NCBI RefSeq assembly: GCF_026210795.1
Contig: NC_089429.1
Coordinates: 6,944,001 to 7,008,000, forward strand
DNA: 64,000 bases
Direction: 5' to 3'
Origin: Rhizophagus irregularis
Taxonomy: Eukaryota
Shown here: piece after piece, positions 51,996-64,000 of the stretch
Position numbering within the stretch: the first letter of the stretch is position 1
Layout of the letters: every line of letters begins with the position of its first letter
The notes under the pieces: model-generated
Seen by the model: the letters and a program-made list of their open reading frames with translations, nothing else
Database searches by the model: none
Told to the model about the DNA's origin: nothing
Translations under genes and position numbers: made by a program

Positions 51996-54575
51996 TTTAT
52001 TTATTTAATTAATGTCAAGCAGGAAATCGCCTACTAAGGCTATTACAATTCCAAAGAAAAGAAAGAAGCACTATAAAAGGAAATTATCACCCAAGGTCGA
52101 TCAAAGACCGAAGTCAGGCCTCACTTGTGTTTAAAAAGAAACCAATTTGGACCTTAACCCGTCCGATAAGGAACAACTAAAGCCGAATAAAAAATATAGA
52201 CCCAATAAATCATCGTAACAAATAAAAATAATAAAAAAAATACTATAATAATCCTGTGACAGTTCAGTCAAAAAATAAAATTAATGATCCGTATTTTTCT
52301 TTCGACAAAAGTCGCCACCCGTAATACTGTCGTAAGTGGAATGATTCACACTATTCTAAATTGTTAAAAAGTAGTATAATAACGTGAGGTATATAAAAAA
52401 TACAATAATAAGATGTAGAAAAACTACTCGAAAAAAGGTAATTGACTCCTAGTGTACAAATACTAATATATAAAAACGGATAATTAATATGAACTGTTTA
52501 AAGGTCCTGCTTCCAGGGAATAATCGGCAAGTGCTGGAGCAGGACGGAGCCGTTTGGGTTTGATCGAGCTATTATGTGAAGAGAGATTAAAATTGTAAGT
52601 AACATCACGTTTGTTGGGTCGAAGTTCAAGTTCTTTTGTATCATCGGAGGTGTTCGGATCATCTCATTGTCTGATGGATCTTTTGAATGAGTCGAGAAAT
52701 TTGTTCATTTCATTACGTTATTTCTTTTGACGTTTGATGTTACCAGCGTTAATTGCTTTCTTTTCTGTAAATTTCACCATGTTCTCATGAAAAATATCAG
52801 CCGTAGAAGTTAGGCAATCTATTGCTACACAGCGGGTGTCAAGACGTTTAACACTTGTTCCTAAGAGGGCAGCCTCTTCCTTTCTAGCTTTAGCAATCGT
52901 ATCGCGTTCAATGTTGTCTTGCTGTTGACAATGGTCAATTTGTAGTATTTCTTGCCTCCGCCTATCGGGCGAGTTTCTTCTCCAGTTCTGACATATAGGT
53001 GAACCATTCTTGGATTCCTGGTATGATAAAAGTTCCATTCTTGGCGTATATTGGATCTGGCGGTATAATATTACAGTATTTGTGGGGATAAACATATCTG
53101 GGATAGGGTTATACGGTTCTACAGTATACAGAATAGACGTCGAAAATGTAGGGTTGATTGGCGTGGTAGATTCTTCTATCGAATCAACTTCAATTTCAGG
53201 AGGAGCAACTGGTATCGGACGATTGTGTACAAAGTATGGAACCAAAAATCGGTAATCGTTCGCGTCAGATATTGTATGTGCTTGTTTGTATTTTAAATTT
53301 TAAATATTTGATGGGTTTGTTGATGAACTGTGATTTGAGAAATAAAAAACGATACTCGCAATGGCAAGATTATCCGCCATTGTACGTGTACGTTCTGGCT
53401 GCGGTTTTGTTATGTTGAAGATACGTCTACATGAACGTTGAAATCGTTTTTCCTTGTACGAGTATTAGCACTAAGAGCATATTTGAAGTTGAAAAGTCTC
53501 TTCCGGTACATATGTCTATTACCTAATCTTAAGATCGAATTGGCATCCCGAGCGTGAAGTGTTTCACTATAGGTTGTACCCAACCTGTTGGAGAAAATGC
53601 TTTTAGTACGGACCGCCATCGGCGATATAAGAGATTGACATTTATCGTTGACAAATCTGTGGTATCTTTAGTCTTCTTGTCATTTTTAGGTTTAATATCT
53701 TTGAAGGCTTTGAACTTTAATAAGTTTCGTTGATGATGGATGCAGCCGTGTCGTTTATGTGACATAATGAAGATTTTACTATATTGTTGTAATGGGGAGG
53801 GATATAATCTTGTTGTTTATCCAAGCAAGGAATATAAATTCCGAAATAAAAACGGTATCTTTTGTAGGTGAAATTAAAAAAAAGTTCTTGTGATAATATT
53901 TTGTTGGTCGTTCTTACGAGCACGTGATACTATAATCGATCCAATAATTTGTCTCTGATCATCTTAAAATATTTTGCTGAATACGTCGAGGGATGACTCT
54001 TTGTAAGGATGTGAGCATACAGAGCATACAGCTGATTTGGTATTTGTTGTTCAGAAAGAGTTCATCGGAATCCTGATCGACCAGCAAGCTCAAAGAAGTA
54101 ACTTCTTGATCGGCAAAATTTCATATATCTTGTTATAACCGGCTCGGTTTGGTTTGATCACGAGGAATTTATTCAGGGAGACCTGAAAGGAGTTTTTCGA
54201 AAAAATTTTGTAGGTGAAGGGTTTAGTAGTGACATGTTCAAGTGTTTTAGTGTAAAGGAAAGTATAAAAGTTATATTTTTATAAATGTAAAGTGTATGGC
54301 AATGTAGGGGAGCAAGTAGAAATAAAAAAAAACTCGTTCAATACAAAAGTTTGTTGAAATATTACGTTGAGGGTCGATATGAAGACGTTATCTTGATGGA
54401 TGTATAATTTTATTAAAAGTAAAAATTTTTACAATATGTATATACTAAAAATATGGAATGAAGTGTTAAATATTCGCGAGTTGTTTGTGTTTTAAAGTTT
54501 GACGATAGCTAGTAATAAAAGTCTATTTCGTAATATAAAAAATTTTCTACTGCGTCATTTTAAGAATTTTAAGAT
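51996..54575 (-). mobile_element. 5'-truncated non-LTR-like retroelement fragment with (TAAA)n tail and decayed accessory ORFs
   Basis: Interrupts the TLDc frame precisely; no TIRs; minus-strand 3' end ...GCTTGACATTAATTAAATAAATAAAT; frameshifted ORF chain 54235-52718. Confidence 0.65.
52718..53765 (-). pseudogene. Frameshifted ORF of unknown function inside the insertion
   Basis: Overlapping ORF pieces 53765-53529, 53619-53410 and 53245-52718 on the same strand. Confidence 0.55.
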
Positions 54576-55880
54576 ACATAGATTATGAAATGCTGCAGCT
54601 GTATCACCATCTCTACTAGCATGATAAAGCAAATAAGAATCACTTTTCTTTTCGACCCAGCTAGCAAAAATAACAAAATGTTGAGACTAACTATAATTGA
54701 ATCATATTATTTCGATTTTTTATATCCCCTTGATGGTAATGAACTAATAATTTTTGTGCCAGGTACTAAATAAAATTGCATGATTTCCTTCATTAATTTT
54801 ATTGGTAGTAAATCCTGATAAGGATATACTTTGAAATAGTAATCAACAGAAGAAATATCTTGAAATCTAATCAATGGAATTAATCTATGTGTAGTTTGTT
54901 TCATTACTTCAATATCATCATTGGTCCATTTCTCAGGATCTTGATTAACATTAGGATTTTGAGCGCATGACCATCTAATAAAGTTACTCCAAATTTCACT
55001 TTCATCTAATTTAATTTTTTCTTTGAGAATGAGTTCAATCATTTGGGATGATAATCTTAAAAAGGTATTTTTTCCAAACAATAATTCTGGAGTTTCACAA
55101 ATTATTTGTAAACAATAATTTTGTATAGGCTCAAAATTCTCACAATTAAAAGTATTATCAAGAAATTTAATGATTAAAAATTCTTGAATATGCTTAACAA
55201 GTGATTCCAATTCAAATTCATTTGCTGCCGTTAATAATAATGTCAAAATATCTAAAGATTCAACACTTAAATCAATCTTACCACAATATAAAAATCTATT
55301 ATTAAATTATTTTATTTAGCTTAGTTTTTTACATAATTTAAGTTATCAAGTTTAAAAATTATTTTGAAATAAATTACCTGAAGATATTTTCTAAAATTTT
55401 GGGTGAAATATTAGATATATTAAAAATGAACTTTCCGTCCTTCTTTTCCTTTAAATTAGAACGAAAATAATTTGATTGACGGCAGAGAATTATGGAATGA
55501 GCGTAAATTTCTTGTACATTTGGTTCTTCTCCCACTTGTATAATAACGTCATAATTCTCTTTACTTTTAAAAAGTTGTTCATAATTTTTCGTAAGTTCTA
55601 ATTTTGATGCCATTATCCTATAAATTTGGATTTAAAATTTTTTTTTATAAAAAAAGTGTTTTTAAAAATTTGTTTTTTTAAAAAAGTGTTTTTAAAAATT
55701 TTTTTTTTTTAAAAAAAAAATAATAAATAAACTTTAATTTATATAGTAATTACTTTTCATTTAATTTGACCAAAAATGCAGAACAGGTTTGTTCAATTCT
55801 AGTAAGTAGTAACGTCGGATATTCCGCTGTGTAATTTTCAGAGTTCATCACTACCGATTAAATATATGGCGCAATAGAAT

Positions 55881-56055
55881 TAGAGGTTGGAACCGGTTAA
55901 ATTGCACCCCATTTGACCGATTGACAAAGGTTCTAACCTTACATTTCATGTCTCAAGTGTCTAGGTTAGTTATATTTTTTGTCGATCGGTCGAATGGGGT
56001 GTTAATTAACCGGCTATTAGCCGGTTAAGGCTTTTTGGACCGGTTCTAACCTCTA
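55881..56055. mobile_element. hAT-like MITE
   Basis: 17-bp TIR TAGAGGTT(G/A)GAACCGGT; imperfect flanking duplication ATAGAAT/ATAGATT. Confidence 0.85.
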
Positions 56056-56075
56056 ATAGATTCACTTTTTTTCTG

Positions 56076-57867
56076 TAAAGAAATCGTCTAAATAAACTTA
56101 CTACTATTCCCCTGATAAATAAAAGCTTCTGCTATTCTTTTACCAAATGGTAATAATAATTTTAAGAATCCTAAATATGTATTTTTTTCAAAGTCATATA
56201 TATTTATTTCCTAAAACTTTACAATTTTAAAAAGAACAATTTTCTAAATACTTAATAATATTTTATTATTTACTTTGAAATACTTTATTATTTATTTATG
56301 AATTCAAAAACACAATTTTACAATTAATTTACAAATTCGATAATATATTTTTTCGATGTCGGACAAAATCAGCCGACGATCGCCTTAATTTATAATATTT
56401 TTTTTTTCAATGAGAGGAAAAGAATAAATCATTAAATATGGAAAATTTTCCTATTAATATGAATAAGATTTTTTATTTTATTGTTTTAATTAAAGAATTA
56501 ACAAAACTGCAGTCCATCAGTTGTTTATTAGTCTACTTTTATGAGAACGATATAAAATAAACTTTAATTGGTACCATACGTCCATACGTAAAGTACACTC
56601 ATAAGCAAAAATAAAAAGTAAATTGAAACTTCGGTTCATGATAGAACTAATAAGGGAATGCCGATAAAAAAAATTTAATAAAGTTTTTTATTACCTACAG
56701 TAGATTACCTAATGCCTTATGCCTACCAATACTGTACCAAAGATATATTAAAATCTTATTTTTTTGATCGTTGCCATATCCATGTAATCAAAACGAAGTC
56801 GAATTAGCGAAAAAAAAATACGATAAGAATATAACGAACGATGTAATAAACTAATTCCCCGGATACCATATTATTAAATTATCTATATTAATTTATTTTT
56901 CTATTTCAAATATTTACAAAAATTATATACAACTCAAAAAAATAACTGGAAATGAAACAAAACAAAATCAGCATAACTTTTCAAAAAAAACAACGATATA
57001 CAATATAAACAAATGTGTACCATATCCAAATTAGGAACTTATACGTAAATACTTAAGCGAGTACCTTGAGCGTTAGGCACCATATATATGATTTAAATCT
57101 AGAAAAATTTAGTAAGAAAAGAAATTATTTAACATACGAAACTCACAAATTAAATCATATTTTAATTTAAAAACTTTTTTACAGAAACTTCAAGATCGTA
57201 GCGATGGCTTAATGCGCAGTAACTGCATATATGTAATTTCTTTACTATGTATTTATAACGCAGTTACTGCGCATTAAGCCATCGCTACGATCTTGAAGTT
57301 TCTGTAAAGTTGTTAGATAAATTAATCATATGTAAAAATGGAACAAATCTGTTAATCCTGATCCGATGACTAAACAATAATGAGATGGAAGTTTGATTTT
57401 TATTGAGAACGATTTTTAGAATCAAGAAAAATCTTTAATGCATGACCTAATAACAAATTAAGACAATGTTATTATTCAATTTTTTATTGTATCAAGAATG
57501 AAACAGTAATGATTCATTTACAATAGACTATTTATAGGCATAAATGATCGTCGTTTTAATAAAAAATAATCAATAAATTAAGTTAATTATCATGATTATT
57601 GGTGAATGAAAAAACTGTTATGACCGTTTCAATGTATCATGAGAACAAAATAAGAATTCGGAATATTTTTTTTCCGTACAAGATAAATAATTTATTTGTC
57701 ATCCAACTATTCGACGAATCTACTATCAATTCGATTTTACGAATGTTCTTAATAAAAATAATTTCAATATCCTTTTATTTTTTTGTAGTGGCTGCGTAAA
57801 ATACTTTTTGAGGCTTTGTATATAATATACTATTTGAAGATTTTTATTATTACAATAAATTTTCATT
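56076..57867 (+). repeat. Direct repeat copy 1 (paralogous to 61708-63804)
   Basis: Collinear high similarity from TAAAGAAATCGTCTAAATAAAC to AAATTTTCATTA. Confidence 0.92.
57178..57308. mobile_element. Fold-back mini-MITE (49-bp perfect arms)
   Basis: TTTACAGAAACTTCAAGATCG...AACTGC with its exact reverse complement; TA-CAG...CTG-TA ends; absent from the paralogous copy. Confidence 0.85.
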
Positions 57868-59151
57868 ATTGCATGCTTTTGCGTAGAATGTAAAAGTCTC
57901 CGCCCCGCTTCGGACAATTAGCAATTAACAACCTTTTTATTTCTATTAATAATTATTATTGACTATTTTTTTATAAAAGACTAATATAGAATTTCTAATA
58001 AATAAATATGAATAAAAATCGGTACTTAAATCGCTATCAATGTCCAAATTATCCAAAATGATTTTTTCAGAAAGAAATTGCTTATAAATCATATTAAATC
58101 TCATGAAATTAATGAGTATAATGAGACTTTTTATTTGCAAAAAAAGAAAATTTATATTTAGAAATTATATAGTTTTCAATTTGTCAGAGGATCTATTATA
58201 TTGCGAGGATAGAATTCGTATCTATTAATATATATATATATATTTAAAATAGATTAGTAAAATCACAGTATATTTAAACCGATATATATCAATCATCGTA
58301 AAATTTAATGGGTGTCAAATATTGCTTAATTATATCGTCCAATCCAAATAATCTATTACACAACATTGGCAACCAATGATCATTTCGTTAGTAAATTTTT
58401 TTAACAGGGAATATTTTTTTTTGATAGAGAATTTCGGTAAAGATTTTTTTTTAATAGGAGGAAGTTTTTTTTGATATAGAAATTCTTTTGAGAATTTTTT
58501 TTAATAGGGAAAATATGTTTTTTGACGGAAGATTTTCGTTAGAAATTTTTCTTTAATCGGGGATATTTTTTTGATTGAGAATTTCATTAGAGAATTGTTG
58601 GTTGAAAAGTTTTTTTTATTTTTTGATGGAGATTTTGTTTAGAAGTCTTAATAGTTTTTTTAATAAGGGTATCGAGAATTTTGGCTTTTTAATAATAAAG
58701 AATTTCATTATTACATTATTTGAAATTTGTGATAAATTTACTGGAAATAGTACATGTGCCAACTTCGACCAGTGGATATTATATATAGTTTAATGATGAA
58801 ATGAAATATGGCCATCAGCACGTGATTTATATTAATTTGCGGATTATGCCAAACCCGACGACAAAAGCAATCACGTGACATTTGTCGTGATATTTATTTA
58901 TTTATTTAATTTTGTTTTGTGAAACATTATTTACATTATTTGTATCATTTGATCAAGCTTATGGTTGGTACAAAACAATCAAATTTAACAAATTAGCCGG
59001 AGTTTCTGTATTCTATAAATAGTCCGATTTTTTTATCATTTTGGTTTTTTTTTTTGTATTAATTTTCTTTTGTATTAATACTTTGGAAAATTATCCTTGA
59101 AAATACTTCGGTTATATAGAGTTTATTTTATTTTAAACCATTTTTATTAAA

Positions 59152-60642
59152 ATGTCAAAACTCAACAAAGATATTCTTTTCTTAATATTTGAGGAATTAC
59201 GAGAAGATTCGAAATCTCTCTTTTCATGTCTAATGGTTAATAGACTTTGGTGCGAAACTGCGATACCAATTTTATGGAGGAATCCCTGGTGCTACAATGG
59301 TATTAATTACAGTAACAAAATCTCTTTATTCATAATCATTTCTCAATATTTATTTGACGATATCAAAGAATTCATAACAAATCAAGAAATCCAATTACCT
59401 TCAAATCTATCACTCTTGTTTGATTATTTTTCTTACTGTAGAAGTATCAATATAAATATTATAAAGGAAATAATTTCTATTGGTTCAGATTTAAATTATA
59501 ATCAATTTAATATGCAACAAAAATTTTACTCTCTCTTTATGAAAAAATGTTTAGAATTGAAGTATTTTGATATGAGATCGATTAAACACCAAATATTTCA
59601 ATTTCCAGAAGCCATGGTTCGATTTGAATTACTTTGTGAATTAAAATGTGATACATCCATTGATCCTTTCTATTTTTACGGATTATCACAATTCTGTCAA
59701 TATTTACAGAGACTTACCATTGTTAATGTTGACATAAAACCTAATCATGGGATTATTAAGTTAATTGAGGTTCAGAAGAACTTAAAGTATTTTCAATGGG
59801 ATGATGATTTTGATGATGGGTATTTTACGGATAATGATCCTTACGAAAAAGTTCTTCTCGCGCTAGAAAAAAAAGCTGAAAGTCTCAATTGTTTAAGACT
59901 ATTTGCCCAATATGTGGAAAATTATGAGCACACTTTACTGCAAGAAGTACTTCCAAAATTTTATAATATAAAAATATTAATAATTGATGGCTATCATTTT
60001 TTTAATGAAGAAAAATTGGAAACTTTAAAAATGCAAGCTTATCACGAACTTGAAATTCTTAATATAGAGGGTAATAGGTTAGATGTGATTTCTAGTATAA
60101 TTGAAAATAGCGGAGCAAATCTCAAGAAAATTTTGTTCGAACCCTATAATATTGAATATGAATATGATGAATTTAATGAAAATTCTCTATATTTTATTCA
60201 TAAAATTTATGAAAATTGTCCTTTGATTGAATATTTATCAATTGCGTTTTCGCCAACAAAGGCGCATTTTGTTGAACTTGAAAAACTACTAGAAGGTTGT
60301 AAAAATTTAAAGTCATTATTAATAGTTATATTAGATGATGATGGTACTTACTCTTTGAACAATGGAGAAGAATTATTAAGAGTATTAATTAGGTCAATGC
60401 CAACCAATTTAAAAGAAATTAGGTTCTGTCGTAAATTTAAATTTTCTTTAGAAAACTTGGAGGAATTCTTGGAAGAATGGAAAGGCAGACATGCACTTTC
60501 TATGTTTACTACTGGAAATGATATAGATGATGATTGTACAAAATTAATTAATGAATATAAAAGAGAAGGAGTAATCGAAAAGTTTGAAAATTTGGCTTAT
60601 GTAGATTTTATTGGTTACATTGCAAATATTTGTTTCGGTTAG
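59152..60642 (+). CDS. F-box protein with LRR/RNI-like C-terminus
   Basis: 496-aa uninterrupted ORF; LNKDILFLIFEEL..SLFSCLMVNRLWCETAIPILWRNPW F-box; CPLIEYLSI and CKNLKSLLI LRR-like repeats. Confidence 0.92.
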   Translation: MSKLNKDILFLIFEELREDSKSLFSCLMVNRLWCETAIPILWRNPWCYNGINYSNKISLFIIISQYLFDDIKEFITNQEIQLPSNLSLLFDYFSYCRSININIIKEIISIGSDLNYNQFNMQQKFYSLFMKKCLELKYFDMRSIKHQIFQFPEAMVRFELLCELKCDTSIDPFYFYGLSQFCQYLQRLTIVNVDIKPNHGIIKLIEVQKNLKYFQWDDDFDDGYFTDNDPYEKVLLALEKKAESLNCLRLFAQYVENYEHTLLQEVLPKFYNIKILIIDGYHFFNEEKLETLKMQAYHELEILNIEGNRLDVISSIIENSGANLKKILFEPYNIEYEYDEFNENSLYFIHKIYENCPLIEYLSIAFSPTKAHFVELEKLLEGCKNLKSLLIVILDDDGTYSLNNGEELLRVLIRSMPTNLKEIRFCRKFKFSLENLEEFLEEWKGRHALSMFTTGNDIDDDCTKLINEYKREGVIEKFENLAYVDFIGYIANICFG

Positions 60643-61707
60643 CACTAAAGTCGATCAAAAAATTATTCCGGAACATTAACGACATTCTGTGGAGGATACA
60701 ATATTAAAGACTTCAATATTCTCAATTTTTAACAACGGTCATGAATTTTTAATGTAGTCTTCTTGAAAGTAATTGCTTTAAACAAATCGATATTAGTCAA
60801 TAATTTAGATGGTATTGTTGCTAGTTAGAGTTTTGAGCTAATAAACTATTTTTTTTTTGTATTTATCATTATAAATAAATTTATATTCCTTTACCCATCA
60901 TTATAATATATACCCAATAATAAGTCCCAATTCTTTGATTAATCTGTACGTTTCTATCAATCCAGTTAAATCACTATCACTACTATCACTTATATTCGAT
61001 CCAATATACCACATAACTAACTCGTTGATTGCAATTAAATTAAAAAAATTAAATAAATTTTTTGCACGGGTTTTGCATATAGCTTAACTCTTTATATTAT
61101 TTAATAGAACCGCCTGATAAATGTGAATGACTACATCTCAGAAAATTCACTTTTTACATAACTATCAATCGAGATCTTTCCACAAAATTGAAATAATAAT
61201 CTCACCAAGTTCTATTAATTAGCAAAAGGCAAGAATGAAAAATCTAATACCATTATGGAACCCTCTGAACATCAAGTAAAGGCATCTGGACTTTTTGCGA
61301 AACCCATTTCGCCGAAGCCATTTTGCCGAAAGGATGTTTTGCCGAAGGGATATTTTGCCAAAGGGGCGTTGAAACCCATTTCACTGAATTCCATTTCACC
61401 AAAGCTTTATATTAAATATATAAAGAAATCTAATCTAGAAAAATTTTTGAATTAGATGATTTTCATTAAATTTATCTCATTGTCTATTATAATACATTAA
61501 TCTTTTTTTTTTACTTCTTCGTGAATAAATGTTTTTAGGTAAATAAAGTTATTTATTATTTCTTGCTTGCTTGCTTGAATGTTATAAGTTTTATAAAAAT
61601 ATTAATCGCTACCATTTTTGGGGGAATGGAACTTGAAGAAATAGATGATTCAGAGCAATGGATTCGATAAAATGCACTTTTGGTGAAATGTCCTTTCGGC
61701 GAAACAC

Positions 61708-63804
61708 TAAAGAAATCGTCTAAATAAACTTACTACTGTTCTCCTGACAAATAAAGCTTCTGCTATTCTTTTACAAATGGTAATAATAATTTTAAGAATC
61801 CTAAATATGTATTTTTTTCAAAGTCATATATATTTATTTTCTAAAACTTTGCAATTTCAAAAAGAACAATTTACTAAATATTTAATAATATTTTATTATT
61901 TATTTTGAAATACTTTATTATTTATTTATGAATTCAAAAACACAATTTTACAATTTATTAATTTATTTACAAATTCGATAAGATTTCGATAATACATTTT
62001 TACAATTTCGATTACGATCGCCTTAATTATGGTACAATAAAATATTTTTTTTTTTCAATGAGAGGAAAAGACACTATGAAAATTTTCCTATTAATATGAA
62101 TAAGATTTTTTTTTATTGTTTTAATTTACTTAATAAATTGTTATACTATAAAGAATTAACAAAACTGCAGTCCATCAGTTGTTTATTAGTCTACTTTCAT
62201 GAGAATGACGGAAAATAAACTTTTGACAAATTTGTTACAAATTTTACTAGAAATTTTAAATGATAAACTATATTATCATTACCAATGAAATTGGTACCAT
62301 ACGTGAAGTACACTCATGAACAAAATAATAAATTGAAACTTCATGATAGAACTAAGGGAATGCCAATAAAAAAATTTAATAAAGTTATTATATGGTAGAT
62401 TACCTAATGCCTCATGCCTACAAATACCAAAGATATATTTTTTTGATCGTTGCCGTATCCATGTAATCAAAACGAAGTCGAATTAGCGAAAAAAAATACG
62501 ATAAGAATATAACGAACGATGAAATAAGCATATTTCCCGGATCGCACATTATTAAAATATTTACAAAAATTATGTACAACTCAAAATTCTAGTAAAATTA
62601 TTTACAAAAAAAATAATTATATACAAATATGAAACAAAGAACTGGAAATGAAACAAAACAAAATCAGCATAACTTTTCAAAAAAAAACAACGATATACAA
62701 TATAAATAAATGTGTACCATATCCAAATTAGGAACTTATACGTAAATACTCAGGCGAGTACCTTGAGCGTTAGGAACCACATATGTGATTAAAAACTTAA
62801 ATCTAGAAAATTTAGTAAGAAAAGAAATTATTTAACATACGAAACTCACAAATTAAATCATATTTTAATTTAAAAACTCACAGTAATTCTTAACGAGTGG
62901 CGGATCTTAATATCTTAATTTTAAATCTTAATTGCTTAATAAATCTTATGAAGTGAACATAACTCGCAATCTATGCTGCTTTTATATTTAATCTGGACTC
63001 GTACGCAGTACTATTCAAAGTTTTAAAGGTATGACATGATTAGCTCTGAATGACGCATAAGAGCACATATATCGGAACAATGTTTCTAATTATATATCGG
63101 AACATTGTTTCTAATTATATATCGGAATAATGTTTTTAATTATATATCGGAATAATATTTTTAATTATTGTTTGAACGCTAATTAAATGAGGTGCAGTAC
63201 AAAACAATACTCTCAAAACAAAGCTTGTTAGATAAATTAATCATATGTAAAAATGGAACAAATCTGTTAATCCCGATTCGATGACTAAATAATAATAAGA
63301 TGGAAGTTTGATTTTTATTGAGAACGATTTTTAGAATCAAGGAAAATCTTTTAATGCATGATCCAATAACAAATTAAGACAATGTTATTATTTGCATTAT
63401 ACAATTTTTTATTGTATAAGAATGAAACAGTAATGATTCATTTACAATAGACTATTTATAGGCATAAATGACCAAAAAATCAATAATTAAAAATGCTTTT
63501 GTTCTATAATAAGCTAATTATTATGATTATTGGTGAATGAAAAAACTGTGATTACCGTTTTCATGCATACATCATGAGAACCAAATAAAAACTCGGAATA
63601 TTTTTTTTCCGTACAAGATAAATAATTTATTTGTCATCCAACTATTCGACGAATCCACTATCAAATCGATTTTACGAATGTTCTTAATAAAAATAATTTC
63701 AATATCCTTTTATTCTTTTGTAGTGGCTGAGTAAAATACTTTTTTGAGGCTTAGTATATAATATACTATTTGAAGATTTTTATTCTTACAATAAATTTTC
63801 ATTA
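61708..63804 (+). repeat. Direct repeat copy 2
   Basis: Paralogue of 56076-57867 with indels, including a different insert at ~62879-63220. Confidence 0.92.
63066..63168. repeat. ~26-bp tandem repeat (4 copies)
   Basis: TATATCGGAACAATGTTTCTAATTA units. Confidence 0.85.
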
Positions 63805-64000
63805 AAAAATAGTTTAATATATTATAACGTAAACAATTTATTTTTATAATACCATAAAATATTCATAAGTTATAGATAATAAAATTGATAATGGCGTAGT
63901 TAGCCGAAAAAGACTACCCCTGCGTACCCTTCAAAAATGTCACGAAACGGCCGGCATTACGGCGTTATGCACTAACACGTGAAAATAAACAGTGACGAAT

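Larger units (their letters stand above)
51700..55613 (-). pseudogene. BTB/POZ-BACK-TLDc gene; intron 55377-55296; TLDc domain split by an insertion
   Basis: YDVIIQVGEE..AHSIILC (BTB); LIPLIRFQDISS (BACK); ASRDGDTAAAFH | TIILVKIENSKQIVGGYNPLDW..YGPTFGGGHDL..YEVFQV (TLDc); stops and frameshifts. Confidence 0.9.

Noticed and set aside
1..64000. rRNA or tRNA genes
   Set aside because: No recognisable cloverleaf, A/B-box pair or rRNA motifs seen by eye; tRNAscan-SE would be needed to exclude them

Overview
AT-rich eukaryotic DNA with spliceosomal introns. The BTB-BACK-TLDc and F-box gene types and the transposon landscape suggest an arbuscular mycorrhizal fungus (Glomeromycotina, Rhizophagus-like); this is an inference. 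The window is mostly nested transposable elements. These include an 11.8-kb Ty3/Gypsy LTR element (6892-18661), a hAT transposase interrupted by a deleted Tc1 element, a hAT > Helitron > Helitron stack, several MITEs with clear TIRs/TSDs, and a non-LTR-like 3' fragment that splits a BTB-BACK-TLDc gene. One F-box gene looks intact and lies between ~2-kb direct repeats. The main observation is that the Gypsy pol carries an in-frame P-loop thymidylate/deoxynucleotide-kinase-like domain directly after RNase H. The same element has integrase in a separate ORF, a UGA-CUA gag-protease junction, and a ~760-aa repeat/zinc-finger extension in front of Gag. A second recurring oddity is tandem arrays of ~30-36-nt micro-exon plus intron units with full splice signals, filling the arms of several DNA transposons. 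All calls come from reading the sequence; no searches were run.
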